Shown: positions 28,163-38,570, numbered from the stretch's first letter. The stretch is DNA of 43,910 bases from Clostridiales bacterium (GCA_024691135.1 JAILNZ010000014.1:1-43910); one strand, 5' to 3'. Program-made: numbers and translations. Notes: generated from the letters alone by a model not told the origin.

Positions 28163-28353
28163 AAAAGGATTTTAACAGTTAGGGTGTCATATATGCAAAT
28201 CCCGTCAAAACATATATAGGCAGATTTGTGGCAAATAGGATAACATATTGTTACAAGGCGCTTAATAAAGCCTTCCGGTGATTGATATTGCATATCTTTT
28301 GTATTATTATCACATGGCTTATTATTTTATTATCTTAAAGGGGAGAAGACTTG

Positions 28354-31300
28354 ATGGACCGCACTAAGGAAAACAGAAAGAAGCTCATTGTCTTCTTCGG
28401 GCTTTTCGCAGGCTTCTATGCGGCCTTTCTGATCTTCAGCTACGTATCGAGGTCCATGGGTTATGAGTACCCTATAGGCGACTTCAGGTTCTTCCGCCAC
28501 GACGTGTACAAGGACTTTGCGACCATCAACAACGCGGTCTGCGACAGGAACCCCTATCTCAGCAACTTAAGTAACTATCCGCCGATCATCCTGATGATCG
28601 CTTATATCTTTACGAAGTTCGCGGACTACTCGGGCTATGACATCTTCACCCTCAGGTTCGCCTACCAGGATCCGAAGGTATTTCATTCGATCCTTGTATT
28701 GATGGGCGTGTGCGCGGTCGCCTTTATCGCGGTCTGCCTGTTCCACGTCTATCTCCAGAACAAGGGTGAGAGCCAAAAGACGTTTTCCGAGAGGGTCAAG
28801 CGCTTCCTCATAGCGGGCGGCATCGGCCTCGCGCTCATCTTATCAGCGCCGTCGGTCTATCTGTTCGACAGGGGAAACTACCTGGCGGTCACGGTCGTAT
28901 TTTTCATGCTGTGGGCCGTTTTCGAGGAGGAGAAGCCTGACAGCGTGCTCGGCGCGGTCTTCGCGGCTTTGTGCGCTGCCACAAAGGTATATCCGATCTA
29001 TATCCTCCTGATCTACATTTTCGAAAAGAAGTTCAAGAAGTTCTTCTGGGCCATGGCAACGGGAGCGGTAGTAACTTTGATCCCGATCCTGTTCTTCAGG
29101 GGAGGCTATATCGACAACGTACGCGCGTTCATAAACGGCGTCCTGGGATTCGGCGGCGGCAGCGGACTTTATTCCGTATACTTCACCGTCGGCGTAACGG
29201 GCTTCACCGGTTTCATGATGAGGATCTTCGGCTTTTTGCCGAACGCCAGATATATCAAGATGGTCTGGGTCCTCATGGGCGCTTCGATGACGCTCCTTTG
29301 CATGCCTTTCCTCAAGGACGAGAAGACCCGCTGGAAAAAGCTCCTCGTCCTCACGGCGGTCATGGTCTACCTCACGCCGAACTCGTATCTCTATAACACG
29401 GCTTACATGTTCGCCCCGATCTTCGTGATGCTCATGAACCGCGACAAGATGGCAAGGCGCGATTACGTCTATGTCGTCTTCTCGGCTCTGCTCCTCGTCC
29501 CGAAGGCCTATTACTATATCCCGGACATCCCGGACGAGATCCCGCTCGAATATAACACGATCAGTATCGCGGTCCTTCTTGACTCGCTTTTGTATTTCCT
29601 TATCATCGCTTTCTATATCGGCGAGAAGGTCATCGAACTTGCAAAGTCCGACAGAAAGCTCCTTCAGGGAAATCCGATATCATCTTTTTCCTACTCGAAA
29701 AAGCAGAAGATCCTTCTTACATCTGCGGTCTGCCTTGCCTTTGCCGCAGCGGCATTCACGATGTTCTGGCTCGTCAGGGACACGGTCCTTGCCTGTCACG
29801 ACTCGATATTTGATTTCATAGAAGCCAGGGTCCTCGGCGCATCGATCGGTTACAAGAGAGCCTTCGAGTTCGGCTTAGCCAGAGGAAGGGTCGGATTTAT
29901 CTTCCCTCTCGTCGTTCTGTTCAGATACTTCGTAAATGCCCGGGGCAACTTCGTCGCTATCTGGCTTCTCCAGTACGTCCCGATACTACTGAACATCGGG
30001 CTTCTTACGTATATCATCTCCAGGAAGATATCGCCGGTCCACGGATCACTTTTTGCCCTTCTGTTCACGGCATTCCTTCAGATCGACATCTGGCACAGCC
30101 TCATAACGAGCTACCCGCTGGATTTCATGTACGGTCTTTTCATCATGATCCTGGGTCTTTATCTTTACAGTGAATACCTGGAGAAGAGAACCTCAGGCAA
30201 AAAGCTCAACATAATAAGGCTCATCATAAGCGTCCTTTTGTACTACGAGTCGATGCAGGTATATGAGTCGTTCATCATGTCATCCCTCATCTACGCGATC
30301 ATCGCATTTGTCTATGCGAAGCGCGAATGCAAGGACATAAAAAGCGGCATCAGAAGATTCATCATATCTCTTCTTCCGCACTTCATAACGGCGGTCATCT
30401 ACCTCGGCATCATGTTCTGGCTCAGGAGCCATCCGGTCGTCGACATCGCCGTATCGAAGATAGAAAAGACAGGCTTTAAGTCGTTCATCCTTCCTTATAT
30501 CGTATTCACGATCGGAATGTTCCCTCTCGTGGGCGCGAGGATCTTAGGATCCATCAAGGAGATATTCATCCATTTCAGCAGAAGGGGAGTCATCTTCGGC
30601 TTCTTTACAGCCATCGGCTTTTTGGCACTGTCGCTTCGCCTCATGGTCCGCTTCAGGAGCCTTAACGGCCTCGAGCGCAAAAAGGAGTTCCGCCGTATCA
30701 TTACATTCTTCTTCATGGGACTTATCTTCGCTCTGACGTTCGCGATCCCTCATGCCATGATCCCGAGCTATCAGGAATGGGTCAATGTCGGCCACGTCGG
30801 AGGCTATGTCCCGACGACCATCTGCTACTTCGGCTGGGCAGTCGCCCTTACCTTTGTCTTCGTAGGTCTCGTCTATTGCGCATCCTACAGGACCAAGAGG
30901 TTCCGCGTGATCTTCCTTTCTCTCATGACGCTGTTCTGCTATGTGGCGGCTTTCGTCACGTTTGCGATAAACGTAAGCTACAGGGGCTACGACTACGTAA
31001 CGGGAACACAGATCTCGCTTCGCGCCCAGACATTCTATGCGGCCATGAACGACGAATGGATCAGAGAGAAAAAACCGGTCGTACTCTATTCGCCTGACAT
31101 CTCGGGCGTCCATTATCTGATCGAGACCGACGAGGAATATGCCGAGAAAGTCCTGGGCTACGACATCGAGCTCTTAAATGACCAGGCCGGTGCCGCGAGA
31201 GCCTTCAAGGATTATAAGAACACATGTCTTTATAAATACGACCTCGATTCGACGGTCAGCATGTTCATCCGTGTCTATAACGTCAACGCACCTTCCTATT

Positions 31301-31485
31301 ACTGGGCGACCAGCGACGAGATCAGGTTCATAACGCCTTATGAAGGCACGTTCAACGTATCTTACACCCGCCTCACGGGCCAGACCGAGATGATCACGCT
31401 CGAACTCGACGAAGGCGAGACGGTCACGCTCGCCGACGGCGCGCCTATCTTCTATAAGTCTATCGATGTGGAGAGGGTATCTTAA
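28354..31485 (+). CDS. Large membrane protein: GT87/DUF2029-like domain fused to a second GT-C-like polytopic domain
   Basis: N-terminal half has DF...NPY...NYPP, DRGN and KVYP. C-terminal half starts TM-HDSIFD...RGRVGF, has about 10 more TM segments and a soluble tail. Confidence 0.6.
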   Translation: MDRTKENRKKLIVFFGLFAGFYAAFLIFSYVSRSMGYEYPIGDFRFFRHDVYKDFATINNAVCDRNPYLSNLSNYPPIILMIAYIFTKFADYSGYDIFTLRFAYQDPKVFHSILVLMGVCAVAFIAVCLFHVYLQNKGESQKTFSERVKRFLIAGGIGLALILSAPSVYLFDRGNYLAVTVVFFMLWAVFEEEKPDSVLGAVFAALCAATKVYPIYILLIYIFEKKFKKFFWAMATGAVVTLIPILFFRGGYIDNVRAFINGVLGFGGGSGLYSVYFTVGVTGFTGFMMRIFGFLPNARYIKMVWVLMGASMTLLCMPFLKDEKTRWKKLLVLTAVMVYLTPNSYLYNTAYMFAPIFVMLMNRDKMARRDYVYVVFSALLLVPKAYYYIPDIPDEIPLEYNTISIAVLLDSLLYFLIIAFYIGEKVIELAKSDRKLLQGNPISSFSYSKKQKILLTSAVCLAFAAAAFTMFWLVRDTVLACHDSIFDFIEARVLGASIGYKRAFEFGLARGRVGFIFPLVVLFRYFVNARGNFVAIWLLQYVPILLNIGLLTYIISRKISPVHGSLFALLFTAFLQIDIWHSLITSYPLDFMYGLFIMILGLYLYSEYLEKRTSGKKLNIIRLIISVLLYYESMQVYESFIMSSLIYAIIAFVYAKRECKDIKSGIRRFIISLLPHFITAVIYLGIMFWLRSHPVVDIAVSKIEKTGFKSFILPYIVFTIGMFPLVGARILGSIKEIFIHFSRRGVIFGFFTAIGFLALSLRLMVRFRSLNGLERKKEFRRIITFFFMGLIFALTFAIPHAMIPSYQEWVNVGHVGGYVPTTICYFGWAVALTFVFVGLVYCASYRTKRFRVIFLSLMTLFCYVAAFVTFAINVSYRGYDYVTGTQISLRAQTFYAAMNDEWIREKKPVVLYSPDISGVHYLIETDEEYAEKVLGYDIELLNDQAGAARAFKDYKNTCLYKYDLDSTVSMFIRVYNVNAPSYYWATSDEIRFITPYEGTFNVSYTRLTGQTEMITLELDEGETVTLADGAPIFYKSIDVERVS

Positions 31486-33296
31486 GAGATCTTCTCGTAG
31501 TAGTTGAACGCGACCTCTTCGTAGTGTATGACGTCGATTATCTCATAGCCTTCGATATCGTCATTTCCGTCACAGAACTTGATAAAATGCTCCGGCTCAT
31601 CAAGCTCCTCAAGGTTGAAGTGGAAGTCCCTTCCGCCCTTGTCTTTTCCAAGCTCGAAAAACACCGCCGAAGTTCCGCAGCCGGATCCCTTCGTATCAGG
31701 CGCTATCCTCGCTTCCAGATCTTCCGTAAAAGATCTGAACTTACTATACTCGTAAGCTCCGGCCTCTTTATGTGACTTGACCTGCGATACCAGAGGCCTT
31801 CCGCAGGCTCCTCCGAAAAACAGCATCATCGAAGCATACAAAGCCAGAAAGAGCTTCGCTATATCGTATAACCTGAACGAGAACTTCGCGCCCGACAGGA
31901 TGATCACTGCGCATGCCATGAAGTACATATTAAGGACCGCGGATCCTCCCTCGGGATTATTTACAAAATAAATGCTCATCCCAAGTCCCGTGGCGGAAGT
32001 CGAGAGCGCGAACATCGCCTTGTCATAACAGTCGCCCTTGACGTAGATATGTCCGACCGACCAGACGGCGCAGATAAAGAGCGCGATGAAGATATGAAGA
32101 TAGAGGGCATTTCCGCCCGGAAGTTCTTTCGAGATGGAACCGACAAATCCCTGACCCTGAAATCCCACAAGACCCTTAGGTCCGATAAGATCCCCGCCCG
32201 TCGCGAGATTATAGATATTGAGCGTTCCGAGCGTAATAAGGAGCGTCGATACGATGCTTACGGGAAGAGATATAAGAAGGGGAACGAGCTTGTTCTTCGA
32301 CCCCTCTTTCCTGAAAGCCTCGGCGCCGTAGATCGACCACACGATCATGACGACCGCGCCGCTCTCGGTATTCCAGATGAGAGCTAAGGATGTTATGATG
32401 AGGCCGAGGAAGAAGAATGTTTTCGTAAAGGAATTCCTTTTTGCCGCAAGGGTAATGAGGAAGATGATGAGAGCAGGGAAGAACATCCTGTGCGGGAATG
32501 TCTGCCAGTAGATGCTGTAGGCAGTGATGCCGTAGATGCCTACGGCGGCGATACCGAAGAGCTTCAAGACGAAGGGCTTGACCGTCATTATGATGCAGGC
32601 GCAAAGAAGCGTCACGGTGCCTGCCCCGAGAAGTCCCAGGACAAGCGCGATGGTCCTCGTGTTCGCGCCGAGGATCCGCAGGAACGGCTGGAAGATCAGT
32701 CCGTAATGACCGTAGAGCTCGGCTTCGATCCCCGTGAATGGCGCTCCGTAATAAGTGTTGTAGATCGAGTCGATGTAGGCCGACGAGTGATAGATGTTGT
32801 AGGACCTGCCGAAGGAGAAGTGGCTGAATGTGTTCATGGTGAGGCAGGCGAAGAACCACAGCCCCGCGAAGGCGGCCGTCTCGCTCCAGAGGATGATGGT
32901 CTTGATGTGGCGGAAGAAGTTGAACCTGAACTTCGCCGTATAGAACGTAAGACCGAAGGTGAAGAGGAAGGCGGCTACGATGTATTTGATGCTCCCGCCC
33001 TTGCCCAGGATGTCGAAAAGCCTCTTACAGAGGATCAGGAAGGCGAGACCTTCAAGGGATACCAGGGCGATCGATAATATACGGGAGATCTTCTTCTGCT
33101 TTTTTTCGAGAAGGAAAAAGAGGATGAAGAACGTGCCGATCCAAAGAACCGCGAAGATCAGGTAAGAGGGGATGTTGCCCAGGGTCCTGATGCCCAGAGG
33201 GCCTTCCGGGAACTTAAACGCGGTAAGCCAGAAGAGACCCGCGAGGAACGCGCCTGCAAAAGAAGATATCAGAAACCGCGAATTGCTCTTGTCCAT
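31482..33296 (-). CDS. Polytopic membrane protein, possibly GT-C-like, function unknown
   Basis: About 605 aa with many TM segments; loop motifs YHSSAY...LYGHYG, FPHR and WNTESG; GGAG RBS. Confidence 0.6.
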   Translation of the reverse strand: MDKSNSRFLISSFAGAFLAGLFWLTAFKFPEGPLGIRTLGNIPSYLIFAVLWIGTFFILFFLLEKKQKKISRILSIALVSLEGLAFLILCKRLFDILGKGGSIKYIVAAFLFTFGLTFYTAKFRFNFFRHIKTIILWSETAAFAGLWFFACLTMNTFSHFSFGRSYNIYHSSAYIDSIYNTYYGAPFTGIEAELYGHYGLIFQPFLRILGANTRTIALVLGLLGAGTVTLLCACIIMTVKPFVLKLFGIAAVGIYGITAYSIYWQTFPHRMFFPALIIFLITLAAKRNSFTKTFFFLGLIITSLALIWNTESGAVVMIVWSIYGAEAFRKEGSKNKLVPLLISLPVSIVSTLLITLGTLNIYNLATGGDLIGPKGLVGFQGQGFVGSISKELPGGNALYLHIFIALFICAVWSVGHIYVKGDCYDKAMFALSTSATGLGMSIYFVNNPEGGSAVLNMYFMACAVIILSGAKFSFRLYDIAKLFLALYASMMLFFGGACGRPLVSQVKSHKEAGAYEYSKFRSFTEDLEARIAPDTKGSGCGTSAVFFELGKDKGGRDFHFNLEELDEPEHFIKFCDGNDDIEGYEIIDVIHYEEVAFNYYEKIS

Positions 33297-33381
33297 CAAT
33301 GTCTCCGCCGTAATGTATTCTTTGAGATTATACCAAAATATCGTATATAATTATCGAAAAAGCACAAAAGAGGAGAGTCCC

Positions 33382-34221
33382 TTGGTCTACGAAGAATATG
33401 AGACAGTCAACGGCAGAAAGCTCGCATTCACCCGCTGCGGCGAATGGAGCAGCACGGTCATACTGTTCTTCCACGGCTTCTGGGGCGCATCTTTCTACCT
33501 GCCTGAAGACGCGGGGAAAGACATCTGCGTAGTCTCTTTCGACAGGCCGGGCATCGGAAGGTCTGACCTTATCGGACGCTACAGGATGGAGGATCTGTTC
33601 CTTCTGATCAACACCATCCTGGACGATCACGGCGTCAAGAAAGTCCGGGTCTTCGGCCACAGTGCGGGCGGCTATTATGCCCAGGTCTACGCGATGCTCA
33701 ACAGGGACCGCGCCATCTCCCTGACGCTCCTTAGCAGCCTTCCGCCGATGAACTGCAGGCGCTATGATCATCTCCTGAGCGGGAGCATGAAACGAAGAAG
33801 GTTCCTGACTTTGTACCTTAAGCCCATAACGATGCTCTACTTCATCATAACGGCAAAGACATCAAGAGAAAAAAGCGAGGAGATCGCAAGATCCTACATA
33901 AAGAACATGTCTCCTGAAGAGCAGGCATTCATGGAAAAGAACTTCGGGATGTATACGAAGGTCATAAGATCTTCAGGTGCAAATAACGGAAAGGGCGCAT
34001 ATTACGACGCCTGCTCCATGTATGACAAAAGGGAAGTCCGTCTCGATCTTCCCGTATTTATCTGGTGTGGCGAAAAAGACGTTCCGACCACGCCCGCTAT
34101 CGCTAAGTTCCTGTCAGAGGAATTCAAAGCCCGCAGCCTTCACGTGATCGAAGGCGGAACGCATCACATGTACCTGGTCCGCTGGCATGACGCCGTCAAA
34201 GAGACACTGTCACTCTCCTGA
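33382..34221 (+). CDS. Alpha/beta hydrolase
   Basis: Motifs FFHGF, DRPGIG.S, nucleophile GHSAG, GEKD and GGTH. TTG at 33382 follows GAGGAG. Confidence 0.85.
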   Translation: MVYEEYETVNGRKLAFTRCGEWSSTVILFFHGFWGASFYLPEDAGKDICVVSFDRPGIGRSDLIGRYRMEDLFLLINTILDDHGVKKVRVFGHSAGGYYAQVYAMLNRDRAISLTLLSSLPPMNCRRYDHLLSGSMKRRRFLTLYLKPITMLYFIITAKTSREKSEEIARSYIKNMSPEEQAFMEKNFGMYTKVIRSSGANNGKGAYYDACSMYDKREVRLDLPVFIWCGEKDVPTTPAIAKFLSEEFKARSLHVIEGGTHHMYLVRWHDAVKETLSLS

Positions 34222-35016
34222 CAAGAGGCCGAGCATCTGAAGAGCCTTGGCGATGCCGTCGTTCACCGGCGTGTCCGTCACATATCTGCAGTACTTCTTT
34301 ACATTATCGGGAGACTGTCCCATCGCGATGCTGTTTCTCACATGCTTTAACATCGACAGGTCATTTTCACTGTCGCCGAAGACATAGCAGTCATCAAGAT
34401 CCGCTTTGTAGAACTCCCTTACCGTATCGATCCCTGTCGCCTTGCTGCATCCTTCGGGCACGACCTCGTAGCCCTCTCTTCCGCGGTCGATCAGGTAATA
34501 ATCATATCCGGTATTCTTAAGGGTATCGACCAGAAGACGTCTCATCTTCTCTCCCTTCAGATAGCAGAAGAACTTGACCGCCCTGAAATCCTTATCATCC
34601 TCGCTTACGAACCTCGTCAGCCCCCGGGGATCTGTGTATCCGCGCCAGTTCGGCGTCATGAAACTGTCAGAGAGGATGTTGTCGTAGTAGATGCCCGTAT
34701 CGCATTCAAAGACCGTAGGGATACGGACTTCCCTTAATGCATATACCATCTTCATGGATTCCTCGTGGGAATACTCCAGTGCCTTCAAGGTCTTACCCTC
34801 CGCAATGACCCTCGTTCCGCATCCCAGGACATAGCCGTCTATGGGCAGCTTCTCTTTGAGTGAACGGTCGATATTACAAAGCGTCCTGCCCGTGTTGATA
34901 AATATCCTGCATCCGAGCCCCCTCGCCTTTTCCAGCGCGGGTCTCACGGAAGAGGGCAGCTCAAAGCTGTCGTCGATAAGCGTTCCGTCAATATCAAAAA
35001 ACAAAAGTCTCGTCAT
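34210..35016 (-). CDS. Cof-type HAD-IIB phosphatase
   Basis: Motifs FFDIDGTL, NTGR, SKATG and FGDSENDLSML. Confidence 0.9.
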   Translation of the reverse strand: MTRLLFFDIDGTLIDDSFELPSSVRPALEKARGLGCRIFINTGRTLCNIDRSLKEKLPIDGYVLGCGTRVIAEGKTLKALEYSHEESMKMVYALREVRIPTVFECDTGIYYDNILSDSFMTPNWRGYTDPRGLTRFVSEDDKDFRAVKFFCYLKGEKMRRLLVDTLKNTGYDYYLIDRGREGYEVVPEGCSKATGIDTVREFYKADLDDCYVFGDSENDLSMLKHVRNSIAMGQSPDNVKKYCRYVTDTPVNDGIAKALQMLGLLSGE

Positions 35017-35245
35017 GACTTGATTATACCTTTGAACCCGCACCTTCCCGTCACGAAAAATAACTTCAAATCCGCACCTCTTTTGAGCATTTTGTCTTCC
35101 TTTTCATGCTTCCCGAAAAGCGTTTGTATTCGAAAATAAAAATGATTGATAATTGTAATAAACATTATGTAATTATCTGCTATTTTTGATATAATTTTCT
35201 CAGGGAGTGACGGATGAGAACTTCATCATCGAGGGGCAAATTAAC

Positions 35246-37378
35246 ATGAATGAAGTCAGAAAAAAGATAGATAAAGTCACATCGGGTTTTCTCGGCAAAC
35301 TCCTCATAGTGTGCGCGGTCTGCGTCGGCATAAATGTCGGCTTGTCCTCACTCGCATCCTTCCTCGGCATCCCTTTGTACCTCGACTCCATAGGAACCGT
35401 CATCGCAGCTTTTTCTTGCGGCGCGCTTCCTGGCATCGTCGTGGGTCTCATTACCAACTTCATCAAAGGATTCAACTCTGAATCGTCATTTTATTACGGA
35501 ACGTTAAACGTCATGATCGCGGTTGCCGCGGCGATCTTTACGAGGCACGGCATCAAGAAACGCAACATGATCTTTCTCATTCCGATCCTGGCCCTGATCG
35601 GCGGCGCGCTCGGCTCGGTCCTCACCTGGTTCCTCTACGGCTTTGCAAATGAGGGTGTATCTGTCGATCTTGCAAGATACGTCCACGATTCCTGGCATAT
35701 CTCGAACAGGTTTATCGCACAGCTCATAGCTGACTTCCTTATAGACCTCATCGATAAGACCATAACGGTCGTCATCGCATATATAGTAATGAAACTGATC
35801 CCGGAAAAGACCAGAAAGAGACTTCGCACCTACGGCTGGCAGCAAAGACCTCTCGACAAGGAGGAGATGAAAGCTGTCAGGGGAGTCCATGTCAGAAGAT
35901 TCTCCCTGAGAGGCAAGATCATCGTGCTACTCACGATCTCGATCCTCATCATCGCAGGTGCAACAGTCAGCATCGGATACTACATCTTCAGGAAAAGCGT
36001 AATCGAGGACTACTCGAACTTCGGAAGGACCATAACGGAAAACCTCGCCTGCTACGTAGATCCGAACCGTGTGAACGCCTACCTTGAGGAAGGCGAGAGC
36101 GCTGAGGGCTATCTTGAGACGAAGGAATATCTCCAGAAGATGAAGAACAGCTCTCCGGAGATAGAATACATATATGTCTACAGGATCCTGGACGACGGCT
36201 GCCATGTCGTTTTCGATCTTGATTCGGGTGACGTAAAGGCATCTGAGCCCGGAACCGTCGTCCCGTTTGACGAGTCGTTTGACGATCTTCGTGAAGACAT
36301 TATCGCGGGTAAACCGATAAAGCCACGCGTAACGAACGACACATACGGCTGGCTTTTGACCGCATATAAGCCTTTGTACGGCGCTAACGGAAAATGCTCC
36401 TGCTACATCGGCGTCGACATCGCCATGAACAGGCTCGTAACAGATATCTACGGCTACATCGCACGTCAGATATCACTCTTTTTGGGATTCTTCATACTCG
36501 TCCTTGCAACCGCCTTGTGGCTCGCGGACTATCATCTTATCTACCCTCTCAATGCCATGGCTCACGCGGCGAACGGTTTTGTGTACAACTCCACCGAAGA
36601 GCGCAATGCGAGCGTCAAGAGACTTAAATCACTGGGAGTAAGGACCGGCGATGAGATCGAGAACCTCTATAACGCATATACCCAGACCACGGTCGAGAGC
36701 ATGAGGGTCTTTTCCGAGAGCCGCAGAAAAGGAAAGCTCATCGACAAGATCCAGACAGGCCTCATCCTTGTCCTTGCCGACATGGTCGAGAGCCGTGACA
36801 AGTGTACGGGAGACCACATCAAGAAGACAGCCGCATACACGAAGATCATCCTTCAAAGGCTCAAGGAGAAGAATGAATTCTCAGACATCATAAACGACAG
36901 GTTCATTGACGACGTAGTCAAGGCCGCTCCTTTGCACGATATCGGTAAGATCAAGATCCCGGACGCTATCTTGAATAAACCGGGAAGACTTGAACCTGAC
37001 GAGTTCGAGATCATGAAGAACCATACCGTAGCAGGCAGCGAGATCATAAAGCGCGCGATCGAGAATGTCTCGGAATCAGGCTATCTCTCGGAAGCCAAGA
37101 ACCTCGCTCACTACCATCACGAGAAGTGGGACGGCACAGGATATCCCACAGGAATCAAGGGCGAAGAGATCCCTCTTTCCGCGCGCGTCATGTCCGTCGC
37201 AGACGTTTTCGATGCGCTCGTATCAAGAAGGAGCTACAAGGAGCCCATGACATTCGAGCAAGCCGTTCAGTTCATAAAGGACGGCTCAGGCAAGATGTTC
37301 GATCCTAAGGTAGTAGATGCCTTCGTTGACAAGAGCAAAGAAGTCGAAAAGGTCGCCGAATCTTTCAAAGATTCTTGA
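35246..37378 (+). CDS. Membrane HD-GYP cyclic-dinucleotide phosphodiesterase with an ECF S-component-like N-terminus, an extracellular sensor and HAMP
   Basis: N-terminal LYLDSIGT...G..PG..VG..TN; TM-loop-TM; HAMP-like PL..M...GDEIENL; ESRD..TGDH, LHDIGK, HHEKWDGTGYP and VADVFDAL. Alternative GTG start at 35207. Confidence 0.85.
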   Translation: MNEVRKKIDKVTSGFLGKLLIVCAVCVGINVGLSSLASFLGIPLYLDSIGTVIAAFSCGALPGIVVGLITNFIKGFNSESSFYYGTLNVMIAVAAAIFTRHGIKKRNMIFLIPILALIGGALGSVLTWFLYGFANEGVSVDLARYVHDSWHISNRFIAQLIADFLIDLIDKTITVVIAYIVMKLIPEKTRKRLRTYGWQQRPLDKEEMKAVRGVHVRRFSLRGKIIVLLTISILIIAGATVSIGYYIFRKSVIEDYSNFGRTITENLACYVDPNRVNAYLEEGESAEGYLETKEYLQKMKNSSPEIEYIYVYRILDDGCHVVFDLDSGDVKASEPGTVVPFDESFDDLREDIIAGKPIKPRVTNDTYGWLLTAYKPLYGANGKCSCYIGVDIAMNRLVTDIYGYIARQISLFLGFFILVLATALWLADYHLIYPLNAMAHAANGFVYNSTEERNASVKRLKSLGVRTGDEIENLYNAYTQTTVESMRVFSESRRKGKLIDKIQTGLILVLADMVESRDKCTGDHIKKTAAYTKIILQRLKEKNEFSDIINDRFIDDVVKAAPLHDIGKIKIPDAILNKPGRLEPDEFEIMKNHTVAGSEIIKRAIENVSESGYLSEAKNLAHYHHEKWDGTGYPTGIKGEEIPLSARVMSVADVFDALVSRRSYKEPMTFEQAVQFIKDGSGKMFDPKVVDAFVDKSKEVEKVAESFKDS

Positions 37379-37552
37379 ATACAAGTCCCCTGAAGTACGA
37401 AAGGACCATCAAAGAACGACTATTTTTGGCTAATCTGCCAAAAGGAAAAAACGCTCTTCCGTGCTATAATCAATATTGTAAAGAAATCCATTAACAGTTT
37501 GATATCATAAGCCTTTTTAAGGCGTTTTCGGCATATTCGGAAGAGGTATTAT

Positions 37553-38065
37553 ATGAAATTCAAGATCGGTGACAACGTTGTCTATGGCGGCAACGGGGTC
37601 TGTAAGATTATCGGCATCAAAGACATGAGTTTCTTCAACGAAGCTCCTAAGAAGTACTATGTCCTTGCGCCCGTTTTCACCAAGCAGTCATCGGTCATGT
37701 ATGTCCCCCTGGACAGCAAGGTAATGGTCGACAAGTTAAGTCACGTCATCGACAAGGAAGAGGCGATGTCACTGATCAGGAGCCTTCCCGACAACAACAT
37801 CGACTGGATCGAAGACAAGAATTTAAGGAAGGATACCTTCAACTCGATCGTAACCAAGGGCACCAGGAAGGAGATAATGGGAGTCATCAAGGCAGTCCTC
37901 ACGCGCCGGGCAGAGCTCACATCTGAAGGCAAGCGCCTCAACATGCAGGACGAGAAGACTCTGTTCGATGCCGAGGCCCGCATGAACGCCGAGATCGCCA
38001 TCGCGCTCGACATGGACCCTGACGAGGTCCCTGACTTCATCAGGAGAGAAGCCAGCATCGCGTAA
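37553..38065 (+). CDS. carD: CarD family transcriptional regulator
   Basis: Motifs FKIGDNVVY..NGVCKI, YYVL, and the conserved Trp in IDWIEDKNLR. GAGG RBS; TGCTATAAT at 37462-37470. Confidence 0.9.
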   Translation: MKFKIGDNVVYGGNGVCKIIGIKDMSFFNEAPKKYYVLAPVFTKQSSVMYVPLDSKVMVDKLSHVIDKEEAMSLIRSLPDNNIDWIEDKNLRKDTFNSIVTKGTRKEIMGVIKAVLTRRAELTSEGKRLNMQDEKTLFDAEARMNAEIAIALDMDPDEVPDFIRREASIA

Positions 38066-38089
38066 GACTTCACATCAGCACTAAGTTAC

Positions 38090-38118
38090 GACCGTCGGAA
38101 CACCCGGCGGTCTTTTTT
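38090..38118 (+). terminator. Intrinsic terminator of carD
   Basis: GACCGTCGG-AACAC-CCGGCGGTC followed by TTTTTT. Confidence 0.8.
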
Positions 38119-38159
38119 GTGTGCTGGTTTTTGCCCTGCTTCCGCCTTCCTTCGGTTTT

Positions 38160-38570
38160 TCCAACCCCAGGTTGGATTTATGAAAACAGCATTTTTCTGT
38201 TTGCAACCTAAGGTTGGAAAAATGAAAAGGGCCTTTTCCGTAAAGGTCCCTTAGGGTTGGAAAAATGCAAGGAACACCTCCTTTTTCTGCCTGAACGCTT
38301 CCAAATCGAAGGAATTCCGGGTAAAAGATCCAACCTAAGGTTGGAAAAACGAAAACGCGATTTTTGGAAGTCCAACCTAAGGTTGGAAAAAACAGAAAAA
38401 GCAACAGCCGGGCTTACAGACGGAGCTCCCCGGGGATCAAAGGAAGAGGCGGAGCGCATAAGATCTGCGTACGTCCCCGACTCGACCCCTTGCGAAAAAG
38501 GTTGGAAAAATCATCAGCCGCAGAAAAAGGTTGGAAAAATCACAGGGTCCGCAGAAAAAGGTTGGAAAAA
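38160..38570. repeat. Intergenic array of 8 GGTTGGA(AAAA) motifs, several as the palindrome TCCAACCTAAGGTTGGA
   Basis: GGTTGGA starts at 38170, 38212, 38255, 38339, 38381, 38500, 38529 and 38560. Confidence 0.95.

Noticed and set aside
38160-38570. CRISPR array
   Set aside because: Repeats are short (17-21 bp) and degenerate, the linkers are ~21 nt and resemble each other, spacing is irregular at the right end, and no cas genes are in the window.
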